Below the pieces are notes generated by a model. That model was given only the letters and a program-made list of their open reading frames with translations, did no database searches and had not been told where the DNA came from. This document shows positions 31,763-42,845 of a stretch of 64,000 bases of DNA, one piece after another (position 1 is the first letter of the stretch; each line of letters starts with the position of its first letter). Source of the DNA: Gammaproteobacteria bacterium. Its GTDB lineage: Bacteria > Pseudomonadota > Gammaproteobacteria > Poriferisulfidales > Poriferisulfidaceae. Position numbers and translations under genes: made by a program. The stretch covers positions 16,802-80,801 of the forward strand of contig JAPPLD010000027.1 of assembly GCA_028819565.1 (NCBI GenBank), given 5' to 3'.

Positions 31763-32220
31763 AACACCCAAACCCAAGCTTCCGCCAACGCGGATTCACC
31801 TTGCCGGAGATCCTGGCCGTCATCGCGCTAATCGGTATTCTCGTCTCGACGATCGTCACGAGTTTCGGGACGGCCGAGACGGAACTGGCGATGGCCAGCA
31901 GCAAGGATGCCCTGCTCAACGACATCCCTGCCGCCTTGATTTCGTACCGCGCGATTAACGGCAGCCTGAGCGGCGTAACCAAGACGGACATCACGAATGC
32001 CGGCGTCCCTGCCAATGGACCGTTCGGCGATGCCTGGGCGCTGGGAACTCCGGCCGCGCGGACCGTCAGCCTCAGTTGGGTGCTCACCAGCGCCGAGGAT
32101 GCAGACGCCTTCGGTCCCGATCTAGCCACCGCCCTCGGACTCGCGTCGGGTTCGGCCGTCAGTTCGACTTCCTACGACGGCGACGACGACACGTTGACGG
32201 TGAACTACCGGATTCCCTGA
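31759..32220 (+). CDS. pilS: type IV prepilin (PilS-like major pilin)
   Basis: N-terminus KHPNPSFRQRGFTLPEILAVIALIGILVS: class III signal with GFTLPE cleavage/methylation motif. Confidence 0.75.
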   Translation: MKHPNPSFRQRGFTLPEILAVIALIGILVSTIVTSFGTAETELAMASSKDALLNDIPAALISYRAINGSLSGVTKTDITNAGVPANGPFGDAWALGTPAARTVSLSWVLTSAEDADAFGPDLATALGLASGSAVSSTSYDGDDDTLTVNYRIP

Positions 32221-32222
32221 CC

Positions 32223-33368
32223 GTGACCCTTTATGCCGTGCGCTGCCTGTCACCGCAGGGCGCCACCATTGCGCTCGCGGTGGATGCGGACAGCCCGGAT
32301 TCCGCTCGTCGGCACCCGGCGGTCGCTCACCGTCGGGTGCTGTCGGTTCGGCGGCATTGGAAGGAATGGCTGGGCCTGCGACGGGTCGATCTCAATGAAC
32401 AGCGCCTGCTGTTGACCCAGATGTCCATGCGACTAAGCCGCGGCAGTCTGACATCCGAGGAACTGGACCGGATGGTCGCACAACTCCCAACGCTACGGCG
32501 GAACCGGCACTCCCGAAGTGCTGCGGGATTGGCCGGCCTGGCGCCTGCTGAACTCCTGCTACACCTCAACGTGCACCCTTTCGCCGTTGCCCTGTGCCGC
32601 GAGGGAGAGCGCCTAGGGCAGGTTCCCGACATGTTGCTGCAGGCGGCGGAATTCCTGGATCGCCAACGGCAAAGCCGGGAGAAATTCCATGCCCCTTTGA
32701 TGCGCGCCGGCCTGTACACGGTGGCCGCACTCGGCCTGTTCACCCTTACGCCGTTCTTGTTCCAGATGCTGCTCGACCGCCTGTCCAGCCGCGTCGAAAT
32801 CCAAACGACTCTCGCGACGGACATCTTGATGACCCTGCATGCCCTGCTGACCCGCTATCTGCCTCTGACGCTGGGTGCAGTCGCCATATCCGCCTTCGCC
32901 GGATACCGATTCTGGAACCGCATCCGGATACTTCCTCTGCTACGCGACATCGATGCCCTAGTACGTGGGCAACGTTCCTCCGTACTGCTTGCCGTCCTCG
33001 CCCCAGCCTTCCGCAAGGGCGTCCATCTCGCCGATCTGGTGCGCTCGCTGCATCCCCTGCTCGGAAAGCGTGCCAGCCAGTACCTGTACACGCGCCTGCG
33101 CACCGGGCACAGTCTTTCACAGAGCCTCTCCGAGCACTATTTCAGCCGTACCCTGGCGGTGGGGCTGTACCGGTTTGAGGATGCACCGACGGCACAGCTT
33201 CCACACTTATTCTCGGCCATACAGACCAACCTGCACACCGAAATCAGTTGGCATCTGGAACGGATCGTGCGCTGGACCCGCTGGTTTTACTCGGGGTTGA
33301 TCCTGACTCTCATGTTGCTGCTCGTCAAGGGGTTTCTGGTTCCGATCTACTCGATCTCCGTCCAATGA
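32223..33368 (+). CDS. pilR: type IV pilus inner-membrane platform protein (GspF/PilR-like)
   Basis: GspF-family architecture. Proposed GTG start right after the pilS stop. Confidence 0.65.
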   Translation: MTLYAVRCLSPQGATIALAVDADSPDSARRHPAVAHRRVLSVRRHWKEWLGLRRVDLNEQRLLLTQMSMRLSRGSLTSEELDRMVAQLPTLRRNRHSRSAAGLAGLAPAELLLHLNVHPFAVALCREGERLGQVPDMLLQAAEFLDRQRQSREKFHAPLMRAGLYTVAALGLFTLTPFLFQMLLDRLSSRVEIQTTLATDILMTLHALLTRYLPLTLGAVAISAFAGYRFWNRIRILPLLRDIDALVRGQRSSVLLAVLAPAFRKGVHLADLVRSLHPLLGKRASQYLYTRLRTGHSLSQSLSEHYFSRTLAVGLYRFEDAPTAQLPHLFSAIQTNLHTEISWHLERIVRWTRWFYSGLILTLMLLLVKGFLVPIYSISVQ

Positions 33369-33775
33369 AGACCATCGCGCAACAAGGGTTCACCTTGCCG
33401 GAAGTGCTGGCTGCTCTAGCAATGGTGGGCCTTGCAATTGGCCTAATCGGCTCGTTCGCCAGTGCGCGCATTGATGCAGGAAAAATCCATGTGAAGCGGG
33501 CTGAGAGCCGGTATGTCGCATCGTTGGCCGTCCGCGCACACCGGGACGGCCTACTCACCGGCGATGTTGCCACCGCCGCCGACCTGCAAGCCGCCCTGCC
33601 TCACCTCTCGGTTCCGGCCCGGCTGGGTGACGGGCTAACCTACCGGGTCGCGCTCGACGGTGCTGACCCTCGCATTCTGATCGATGGAGAAACTGGAACC
33701 GTGCGAGCCTCCTTTTCGGCCTCGGAACTCCGCATTCCGCTTTGGCGGGCGCGCCGGCTGCGCCAGATTCGGTAG
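33365..33775 (+). CDS. prepilin-type protein (second pilin/minor pilin)
   Basis: MKTIAQQGFTLPEVLAALAMVGLAIGLIG: same GFTLPE prepilin motif. Start overlaps the pilR stop. Confidence 0.6.
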   Translation: MKTIAQQGFTLPEVLAALAMVGLAIGLIGSFASARIDAGKIHVKRAESRYVASLAVRAHRDGLLTGDVATAADLQAALPHLSVPARLGDGLTYRVALDGADPRILIDGETGTVRASFSASELRIPLWRARRLRQIR

Positions 33776-33783
33776 GGAACCGG

Positions 33784-34659
33784 ATGAAGCATTCCCGTTC
33801 CAGCCTTTGGATGCACCAATCCGGCTTCAGCCTACTGGAACTGGTCATCACCCTGACGTTGTTCTCGATTCTCGCCGGCACCCTGCAACTCTCTGCCACC
33901 CGCCGTCTTGTCGATGATCTCGAACGTGACCGCACCGAGCAGGCAGCAGAAGAAATCTACCGGCTGGCCAATGCGGCGCAGCACTACCTCATAAACGAAG
34001 GCGGGTGGCCGTTGGAAATGCTGCTGTGCCAAGGCGCATACGACGAATTGAATGCGAAGGGCCTGCTCAAGGGCGCACCCCGGCTTTCCTCGTATCTCGA
34101 TTCCAGTGGAAACCGTACCGGGTATGCGCTGTCCTGTGATTCCAACCATTTCACCATCGTGGTCACCACGGAAAATGCCGAACAGGCGGCCGTCCTCGCG
34201 CAGAAAGTGCCCGGCGCATCGGCCTCCGGCACGGCCGTGACCGTGCACTACCCCCGGCCCGCCGACACGCCCGGCACGGAAGGCGCGTTCATGCCGCTGG
34301 ACGGCTCCGCCAGTCCCACGGCAACCTGGGACCTAGGCAACCAGTACCTGTTCGGCGCCCGCGACGTGGCCACCGAGACCGGACAAACCCTACTCAACTC
34401 CGTGCAGTTCGCCACCGCAGCCAGCTCTGGCGACCTGATTCGCAAACCGACCTGTCCGGACAGCATGACGCCGCGCATCTTCACCGCCCTCAGCCGGGTT
34501 TCGTCGCCCAGCGGCCGGGCGCTGCACGGAATCCAGCTGCCGGTAGACGATCTCACCGATTCCTGGCGGGTGCGGGCGGTCATCACCGGATCCGGAGGCG
34601 AGGAAAGCGCCACTTCCGACACGGCCACCATCGCCGTCTTCGTCAAATGTTCATACTGA
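33784..34659 (+). CDS. pilV: PilV-like minor pilin/tip adhesin
   Basis: MKHSRSSLWMHQSGFSLLELVITLTLFSILAG prepilin N-terminus followed by a ~260-aa variable domain. Confidence 0.55.
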   Translation: MKHSRSSLWMHQSGFSLLELVITLTLFSILAGTLQLSATRRLVDDLERDRTEQAAEEIYRLANAAQHYLINEGGWPLEMLLCQGAYDELNAKGLLKGAPRLSSYLDSSGNRTGYALSCDSNHFTIVVTTENAEQAAVLAQKVPGASASGTAVTVHYPRPADTPGTEGAFMPLDGSASPTATWDLGNQYLFGARDVATETGQTLLNSVQFATAASSGDLIRKPTCPDSMTPRIFTALSRVSSPSGRALHGIQLPVDDLTDSWRVRAVITGSGGEESATSDTATIAVFVKCSY

Positions 34660-34671
34660 GAGGAAATTCCA

Positions 34672-35040
34672 ATGCCGATGAAACTAAACCCTCACCTGCT
34701 GCCGATTCTTGTGATTCTGGTCGGCTCAACGGGCGGAGTCTCTGCACAAACACCAGGCTCCACTCCGCACACCTATGCCAAGTGCACCGAGCTTGGCCTG
34801 ACCGACTCGGCCTGTCATCGCCAGATTATCGAGGCCGGCGGAACCGTCCAATCAAGCCCGACTTCCACCCGAACCGTCGTGCCCCAGAACTTCCGGGGAT
34901 GGAGTGAACAGGAACGCTGGTATCGGAAGTACGTGGAGTACGCCAAGCGGGGCCATCACCGGATCAAGCCGATTGAGGATGTTATCGAACACTATCCAGG
35001 TTTCCCCATACTGATTCCATACTACCTGACCTACCCATAG
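34672..35040 (+). CDS. small secreted Cys-containing hypothetical protein
   Basis: Signal peptide MPMKLNPHLLPILVILVGSTGGVSA. Lower GC than the surrounding genes. Confidence 0.3.
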   Translation: MPMKLNPHLLPILVILVGSTGGVSAQTPGSTPHTYAKCTELGLTDSACHRQIIEAGGTVQSSPTSTRTVVPQNFRGWSEQERWYRKYVEYAKRGHHRIKPIEDVIEHYPGFPILIPYYLTYP

Positions 35041-35104
35041 AGAGATTTGGGTCAAGGAGCAAGGAAAAGACGCTTGACGTACATCGTCATGACTCCTACA
35101 ATTT

Positions 35105-35389
35105 ATGATTCTAAGTTACTGCGACAAGAGGACCGATAATTTCGCAAAAGGAATTCATGTCCCCGCGTTTCACGGGTTTGAGGAACAGACCGAGAGACGG
35201 CTTTCGATCCTGAATGCAGCACCTTCTCTAGAGAGCTTGCGCGCATTGCCCAGCAATCGGCTTGAGGCTCTCGAGGGAAACCGTCTCGGTTGGTACTCCA
35301 TTCGAATCAACCGGCAATGGCGGCTATGTTTTGAGTGGCCAGACGGCCAGACAGGCCCTAGCAACGTAATAATTCAAGATTACCACTGA
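35105..35389 (+). CDS. higB: type II toxin HigB (RelE/ParE superfamily, plasmid maintenance killer)
   Basis: 94 aa. Pattern ...RLEAL.GNRLGWYSIRINRQWRLCFEW.DG....V.I.DYH matches the HigB family. Confidence 0.8.
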   Translation: MILSYCDKRTDNFAKGIHVPAFHGFEEQTERRLSILNAAPSLESLRALPSNRLEALEGNRLGWYSIRINRQWRLCFEWPDGQTGPSNVIIQDYH

Positions 35390-35405
35390 ACCTTTTAGGA
35401 GAGCC

Positions 35406-35705
35406 ATGTTTTTAAGAGCTGTTCACCCTGGCGCCGTCCTTAAGGGCGAACTCGCCGAGATTGGAATTACTCCAACCGAGTTTGCCCGTCAAATCGATGT
35501 GCCACCCAACCGCATTAGTCAGATCATCAGGGGCCAGCGATCGATTACTGGTGACACCGCATTGAGGTTTGGCCACTGGTTCTGTACCGGCCCTCAATTC
35601 TGGATCAGCCTTCAGTCCCAGTTCGACTTGATGGTCGCCGAACAATCGGCGGGAAAATCAATCGAGAACCTCCCCACCAAAGACAGCAGACCGCACGCTC
35701 CCTGA
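35406..35705 (+). CDS. higA: antitoxin HigA (HTH_XRE)
   Basis: LKGELAEIGITPTEFARQIDVPPNRISQIIRGQRSIT helix-turn-helix. Immediately downstream of higB. Confidence 0.8.
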   Translation: MFLRAVHPGAVLKGELAEIGITPTEFARQIDVPPNRISQIIRGQRSITGDTALRFGHWFCTGPQFWISLQSQFDLMVAEQSAGKSIENLPTKDSRPHAP

Positions 35706-35713
35706 TTCATCTC

Positions 35714-36808
35714 TCACACGTTGAAGCGGAAATGGATGACATCCGCTTCCCGCACTTCGTAGTCCCGGCCTTCCGTTCGGCTTTTGCCCGCCTCCCGGGC
35801 ACCCACCTCCCCGCCGCAGGCGACGTAATCTTCATAGGCGATCACATCCGCACAAATAAATCCTTTCTCGAAATCAGTATGGATTGCGCCTGCCGCCTGC
35901 GGGGCGTGCATGCCCCGGCGAATGGTCCATGCTCTCGCCTCCTTCGGTCCTGCCGTGAAATACGTCATGCAACCCAGAAGCCGGTAGGCCGCCTCGATCA
36001 CTCGGTCCAATCCTGGCGCGGATAGACCCAAACCCGCCAGAAAATCCTCCCGGCTTTCCATGTCCAACCGGGAAATCTCGGATTCCAGAGCAGCGCAGAT
36101 CGGAATGATATCGATCCCTTTCCCGCGCGCGTATTCTTCCAATGCACGCAGGGAGTCATTCCCGCCGGAAGGGCCATCCTCGTCGACATTGGCGATGAAC
36201 AGAGACGGCTTGGCCGTCAGTAGGAAAAGTGGATTCAACACGCCTCGCTCCGCTTCACCCAGTCCCTGCTCACATACCGGGATGCCTTGATCGAGATTTT
36301 CGCAGGCTGCCTCCAGCACGGCCTGCGCCGCACGAGCTTCCTTGTCGCCGGTCTTGGCCTGCCGCCGCCATTTCTCAAGCGACCGCTCCGCTGTCCCCAA
36401 GTCAGCTAAGAGCAATTCCGTCTGGATCGTCTCGCAATCCCGAACCGGGTCGATCGCCCCGTCTACATGGACGACATTGCCGTCCGCGAAGCACCGTACG
36501 ACCTGGGCGATGGCGTCCGCCTCGCGAATATGCGCGAGGAACTGGTTACCGAGCCCCTCGCCTTGCGAAGCACCCCGGACCAATCCGGCGATGTCGACGA
36601 ACTCCACCGCGGCCGGGATTCGCTGCGCCGATCCCGCCAGATCCGCCAAGCGGTCAAGCCGACGGTCCGGAACCGGTACGACACCTTGGTTCGGGTCGAT
36701 CGTGCAAAACGGGTAGTTTTGGGCTGCCGCTTCAGCACAGGTCAGGGCATTGAACAGTGTGGATTTCCCGACGTTGGGCAATCCGACGATGCCACACTTG
36801 AGGCTCAT
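35714..36808 (-). CDS. ychF: redox-regulated ribosome-binding ATPase YchF
   Basis: MSLKCGIVGLPNVGKSTLFNALT G1 motif plus a TGS domain. Confidence 0.95.
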   Translation of the reverse strand: MSLKCGIVGLPNVGKSTLFNALTCAEAAAQNYPFCTIDPNQGVVPVPDRRLDRLADLAGSAQRIPAAVEFVDIAGLVRGASQGEGLGNQFLAHIREADAIAQVVRCFADGNVVHVDGAIDPVRDCETIQTELLLADLGTAERSLEKWRRQAKTGDKEARAAQAVLEAACENLDQGIPVCEQGLGEAERGVLNPLFLLTAKPSLFIANVDEDGPSGGNDSLRALEEYARGKGIDIIPICAALESEISRLDMESREDFLAGLGLSAPGLDRVIEAAYRLLGCMTYFTAGPKEARAWTIRRGMHAPQAAGAIHTDFEKGFICADVIAYEDYVACGGEVGAREAGKSRTEGRDYEVREADVIHFRFNV

Positions 36809-37404
36809 CCGGTCAGGCCGTTCGGGTCATGCAGCGCGTTCATGACGCTCTGGAAATCTCCCGCGACGAGACTGCCGGCATGCTCCAGCACCTGCTGCAC
36901 CGCCTGATCCACCGCGGCACGGTCCGAACTGGACAGCGGCTTGAGCACGTAGCCCACTACTTCTGAAGCCCGTCCGGGGTGCCCGACACCGAGTTTCAGG
37001 CGCCAGAAGTCCTTGCCGAGATGTTGGGAGAGATCGCGGATGCCCTTGTGACCACCGTGCCCTCCGGAAAACTTTAGGCGCGCCGTCCCGTCCGGAAGGT
37101 CAATGTCGTCATGCGCAACCAGCAGAGCCGAGGCGGGAATACGAAAGTAACGGCAGACTGCCGCGATCGAGGCGCCGCTCACATTGACGTAGGAGTTGGG
37201 CTTGAACAGGCGAAGCGGATGCCCTTCCATTTCGACTGACGCGGTTTCGCCTTTCAGTTGCCGGGAAGGTTGCAGCTGCGCACCCAACCGATCAGCCAGT
37301 GCGTCAATCAACCAGAATCCGGCATTGTGCCGGGTGCGGGCGTATTCCGCACCGGGATTGCCAAGCCCTGCGATCAACCGGATCGCATCGCCTGATTCCG
37401 CCAT
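36805..37404 (-). CDS. pth: peptidyl-tRNA hydrolase
   Basis: LIAGLGNPGAEYARTRHNAGF signature. Confidence 0.95.
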   Translation of the reverse strand: MAESGDAIRLIAGLGNPGAEYARTRHNAGFWLIDALADRLGAQLQPSRQLKGETASVEMEGHPLRLFKPNSYVNVSGASIAAVCRYFRIPASALLVAHDDIDLPDGTARLKFSGGHGGHKGIRDLSQHLGKDFWRLKLGVGHPGRASEVVGYVLKPLSSSDRAAVDQAVQQVLEHAGSLVAGDFQSVMNALHDPNGLTG

Positions 37405-37418
37405 TGACCCGGTTCCGA

Positions 37419-38126
37419 TCAGGACTCTTCTTCAGCAGAATCCGCGTCTTTCTCTTCGGCCTCGGCTGCCTGCCCCTCGGCCTCTTCACCCTCTTCGCCC
37501 TCAGGCTCTTCGACCGCTACTTCTTCTTCTATTATCTCTTCGCGCCGGACATGGATGGTGGCTACGGCATGATCGTGTCCGTGCGACAGCTCGACCAGTT
37601 CCAAGCCTTCCGGGATCGCCAGATCAGAAAGATGGACCAGTTCACCGATATGCAATTCGGAAATGTCGACTTCGATGAATTCCGGAAGATCGGAAGGCAG
37701 GCAGGAAACCTCCACTTCCGTCATCAGGTGGCTGATCAGCCCACTCTGCTCCTTGACGCCGGGCGCAATATCCTCGCCCTTGAAATGCAGCGGAATTGTC
37801 ATCTTGATCTTCGCGTCCTTACTGATGCGCTGCAGGTCGATATGCAGCAGCACGTCCGAACGGACCGGATGGCGCTGAACGCTGCGCAGGATGACTTGTT
37901 CCTTTTCTCTCTTGCCCTTCAGCTTCAGGTTCAGGACGTGCGAGTAAAAGGCCTCATGTTCCAGATGGCGGGACACTTCAAGACCTGACAAGGTGATCGG
38001 AACGGCATCGCCCCCCGCGCCATAGACCACGCCAGGCAGCTGCCCTGCGCGCCGCATCTTCCGCATCGCGCTGGTCCCGGTCTCCTTGCGCGGCTCTGCA
38101 GACAGGTTGAAGTCGATTTCGCTCAT
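37419..38126 (-). CDS. rplY: 50S ribosomal protein L25/general stress protein Ctc
   Basis: From MSEIDFN. L25 beta-barrel plus an acidic C-terminal extension. Conserved ychF-pth-ctc order. Confidence 0.85.
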   Translation of the reverse strand: MSEIDFNLSAEPRKETGTSAMRKMRRAGQLPGVVYGAGGDAVPITLSGLEVSRHLEHEAFYSHVLNLKLKGKREKEQVILRSVQRHPVRSDVLLHIDLQRISKDAKIKMTIPLHFKGEDIAPGVKEQSGLISHLMTEVEVSCLPSDLPEFIEVDISELHIGELVHLSDLAIPEGLELVELSHGHDHAVATIHVRREEIIEEEVAVEEPEGEEGEEAEGQAAEAEEKDADSAEEES

Positions 38127-38311
38127 GGTCGGGTTCGCCCCTCTGTCGTCGGGGGCGCGTATTATCAACTCAAATGCCTTTTAGGGCAAGCACCACAAGA
38201 GTCTCTTGCGATACGAAACGCACCGCGCTCGCACGGAAATTTGCTTGAATTTGTGAGCCCGAGGGGCTCATGGTATTCTTTGCCACATCGTCTCGGGAGG
38301 AGGGAAGCCAC

Positions 38312-41217
<2,906 letters not shown>

Positions 41218-41228
41218 TCTCGGAAAAC

Positions 41229-41268
41229 AAGGGGGGCATTTCGATCGAAACGCGCCCCTTTTTCTTTT
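41229..41268 (+). terminator. intrinsic terminator after katG
   Basis: GC-rich dyad (AAGGGGGGC...GCGCCCCTT) followed by TTTTTCTTTT. Confidence 0.55.
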
Positions 41269-41417
41269 AAGCTGGAATTTTCGGTTCGTACCAGAGTGAC
41301 GAACCCATCAGTTTCAATCCGCTGCCGGATCATAGCCTGCGCACAATTCTGTATGCTAACCTTTCTTAGCCCAGCGCTTTCCACAGCTCGTTGGTTTCCC
41401 TAGGGAGGAACTTCAAG

Positions 41418-42845
41418 ATGAAAGCCGGGGCTCAGAAAATCAACCCAGTCGCATTTTGTTTCCTCATACTGGCCGTCGTCGGTCTCAATGCGCACCCGGC
41501 CTTGGCGCAAACGAATGAAGCTTGTCCGCCAACTCCCAGGGTAGTTCCTATCGGCGGTCCAAGTGTGACCGCACAACAGGTGGAAGGTGGCGCCAGCCTC
41601 CAAACCTTTATGCAAGACGCGAGAACAGCTTTCAAGGCTGCGGCTGCAGCAAATCGGGCGACAGGGCTCCATTTTGGATGCCTTATCAGGCAAGAAGGGG
41701 GACCTTGGCGTTCCGGCTCTACTTACCTGGTGCAACTGGCACCAACCAGCAGGGTGTTTCTTCACGCAAAGAACATGGCGTTGTCGGGCAACCTCCTGAA
41801 TCGTGGGATTTTTGCAGCAATTCTTACTTCGCTGGGAGTCAACCCTCAGAACGCCACCTACCTTACCGACTTGAGAGGAAAAGCTAATGATGCGCCCGTC
41901 TCATTCAATGCGGACCCAGGGCGTTCCGGTTATGCCAGCGCCTACGTGGGGACCAGGGGTCCGATCATACTGCTCGCCGGATTCGACCTCAACGCATCCC
42001 ACTTGGCCCCCGAACAAATCGATCACGGTGATCCGACCATTCGCGCCCAAGACGTGGTGGACCGCAGAACCTTGAAGGCCTTCGTCGCGAACGCGATCGA
42101 CCAATTTAGAGAGTTTGGAAGAACCGGAGGTCGAGAAGGCCTTTCGAAAGCCAAGGTTGCCTTTCGGGATCCGAACGGGCCTTGGCGACACGGTTCCGTG
42201 TACTTATATATCTTGGATCTTTCCAGCAACATCATCTTATTTCACGGAGCATTCCCCGACAGATTCGAGGTTCGAACTTTGATTCCAACGCAGCGAGACG
42301 CTGTCACCGGAGAACTTATTCTGCCGCAAGTCCTCAACGCGGCCAAAAGCAGCCCGGAAGGTGGCTTCGTGCAGTATTACTTCGACGATCCCATTGACGA
42401 GGGCGATAGCGCCAACATCCCCAAGGTGGGATATGCCCGCGAGTTCGAAGCCAGGAGGGGGGCAGACAACAGTCTTGCCCGCTATATTATCGGCTCGGGC
42501 TTTTACCTAAGTGATCCTGGGGTGATCGCCCATCGCCAAACCTTAGCCATCAAGGCCATCCAGCCGCAGGTCATGCGGGCGATGACCGCCAGCACGGTCG
42601 ATGCGGTATCAAACCGGATCGAGCGGGCGATTTCCGACGACGCTTCGCAAACCCAAGGCCTCAACTTCGGCGGCGCCTCCAGTCTCTCCGACGCTCTGCT
42701 GGCACACGGGCAGTCGCTGGAGAACGGCACCTTCGACCTCGGCCAGCTACTCGCCGGGGCGTCCTTCACTCTGCCACTCAACGCGACGAGCACCGGCAAG
42801 CGGCTGTTCCGAAACGCAACGATCTGGGGAAACGGCGACTACTGA
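41418..42845 (+). CDS. secreted tandem sCache_2-like domain protein; N-terminal (passenger) part of an interrupted autotransporter
   Basis: GGAGG RBS. Signal peptide MKAGAQKINPVAFCFLILAVVGLNAHPALA. Two repeats match the sCache_2 pattern (YLYILDLSSNIILFHGAFPD...GGFVQYYFDDP...PKVGYAREFE...YIIGSGFY). Ends at an in-frame TGA at 42843-42845. Confidence 0.55.
   Translation: MKAGAQKINPVAFCFLILAVVGLNAHPALAQTNEACPPTPRVVPIGGPSVTAQQVEGGASLQTFMQDARTAFKAAAAANRATGLHFGCLIRQEGGPWRSGSTYLVQLAPTSRVFLHAKNMALSGNLLNRGIFAAILTSLGVNPQNATYLTDLRGKANDAPVSFNADPGRSGYASAYVGTRGPIILLAGFDLNASHLAPEQIDHGDPTIRAQDVVDRRTLKAFVANAIDQFREFGRTGGREGLSKAKVAFRDPNGPWRHGSVYLYILDLSSNIILFHGAFPDRFEVRTLIPTQRDAVTGELILPQVLNAAKSSPEGGFVQYYFDDPIDEGDSANIPKVGYAREFEARRGADNSLARYIIGSGFYLSDPGVIAHRQTLAIKAIQPQVMRAMTASTVDAVSNRIERAISDDASQTQGLNFGGASSLSDALLAHGQSLENGTFDLGQLLAGASFTLPLNATSTGKRLFRNATIWGNGDY

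Noticed and set aside
33784-34659. Shufflon (multiple inverted sfx repeats plus rci) in the pilV 3' region
   Set aside because: No recombinase gene follows pilV, and I did not see repeated 19-bp inverted cores. pilV appears to have a single C-terminus.
42843-42845. In-frame TGA between Cache passenger and autotransporter barrel read as selenocysteine
   Set aside because: No SECIS-like hairpin is obvious downstream, and the context (…GDY-TGA-DFDGG…) is not a redox motif. A nonsense mutation or sequencing error is more parsimonious.
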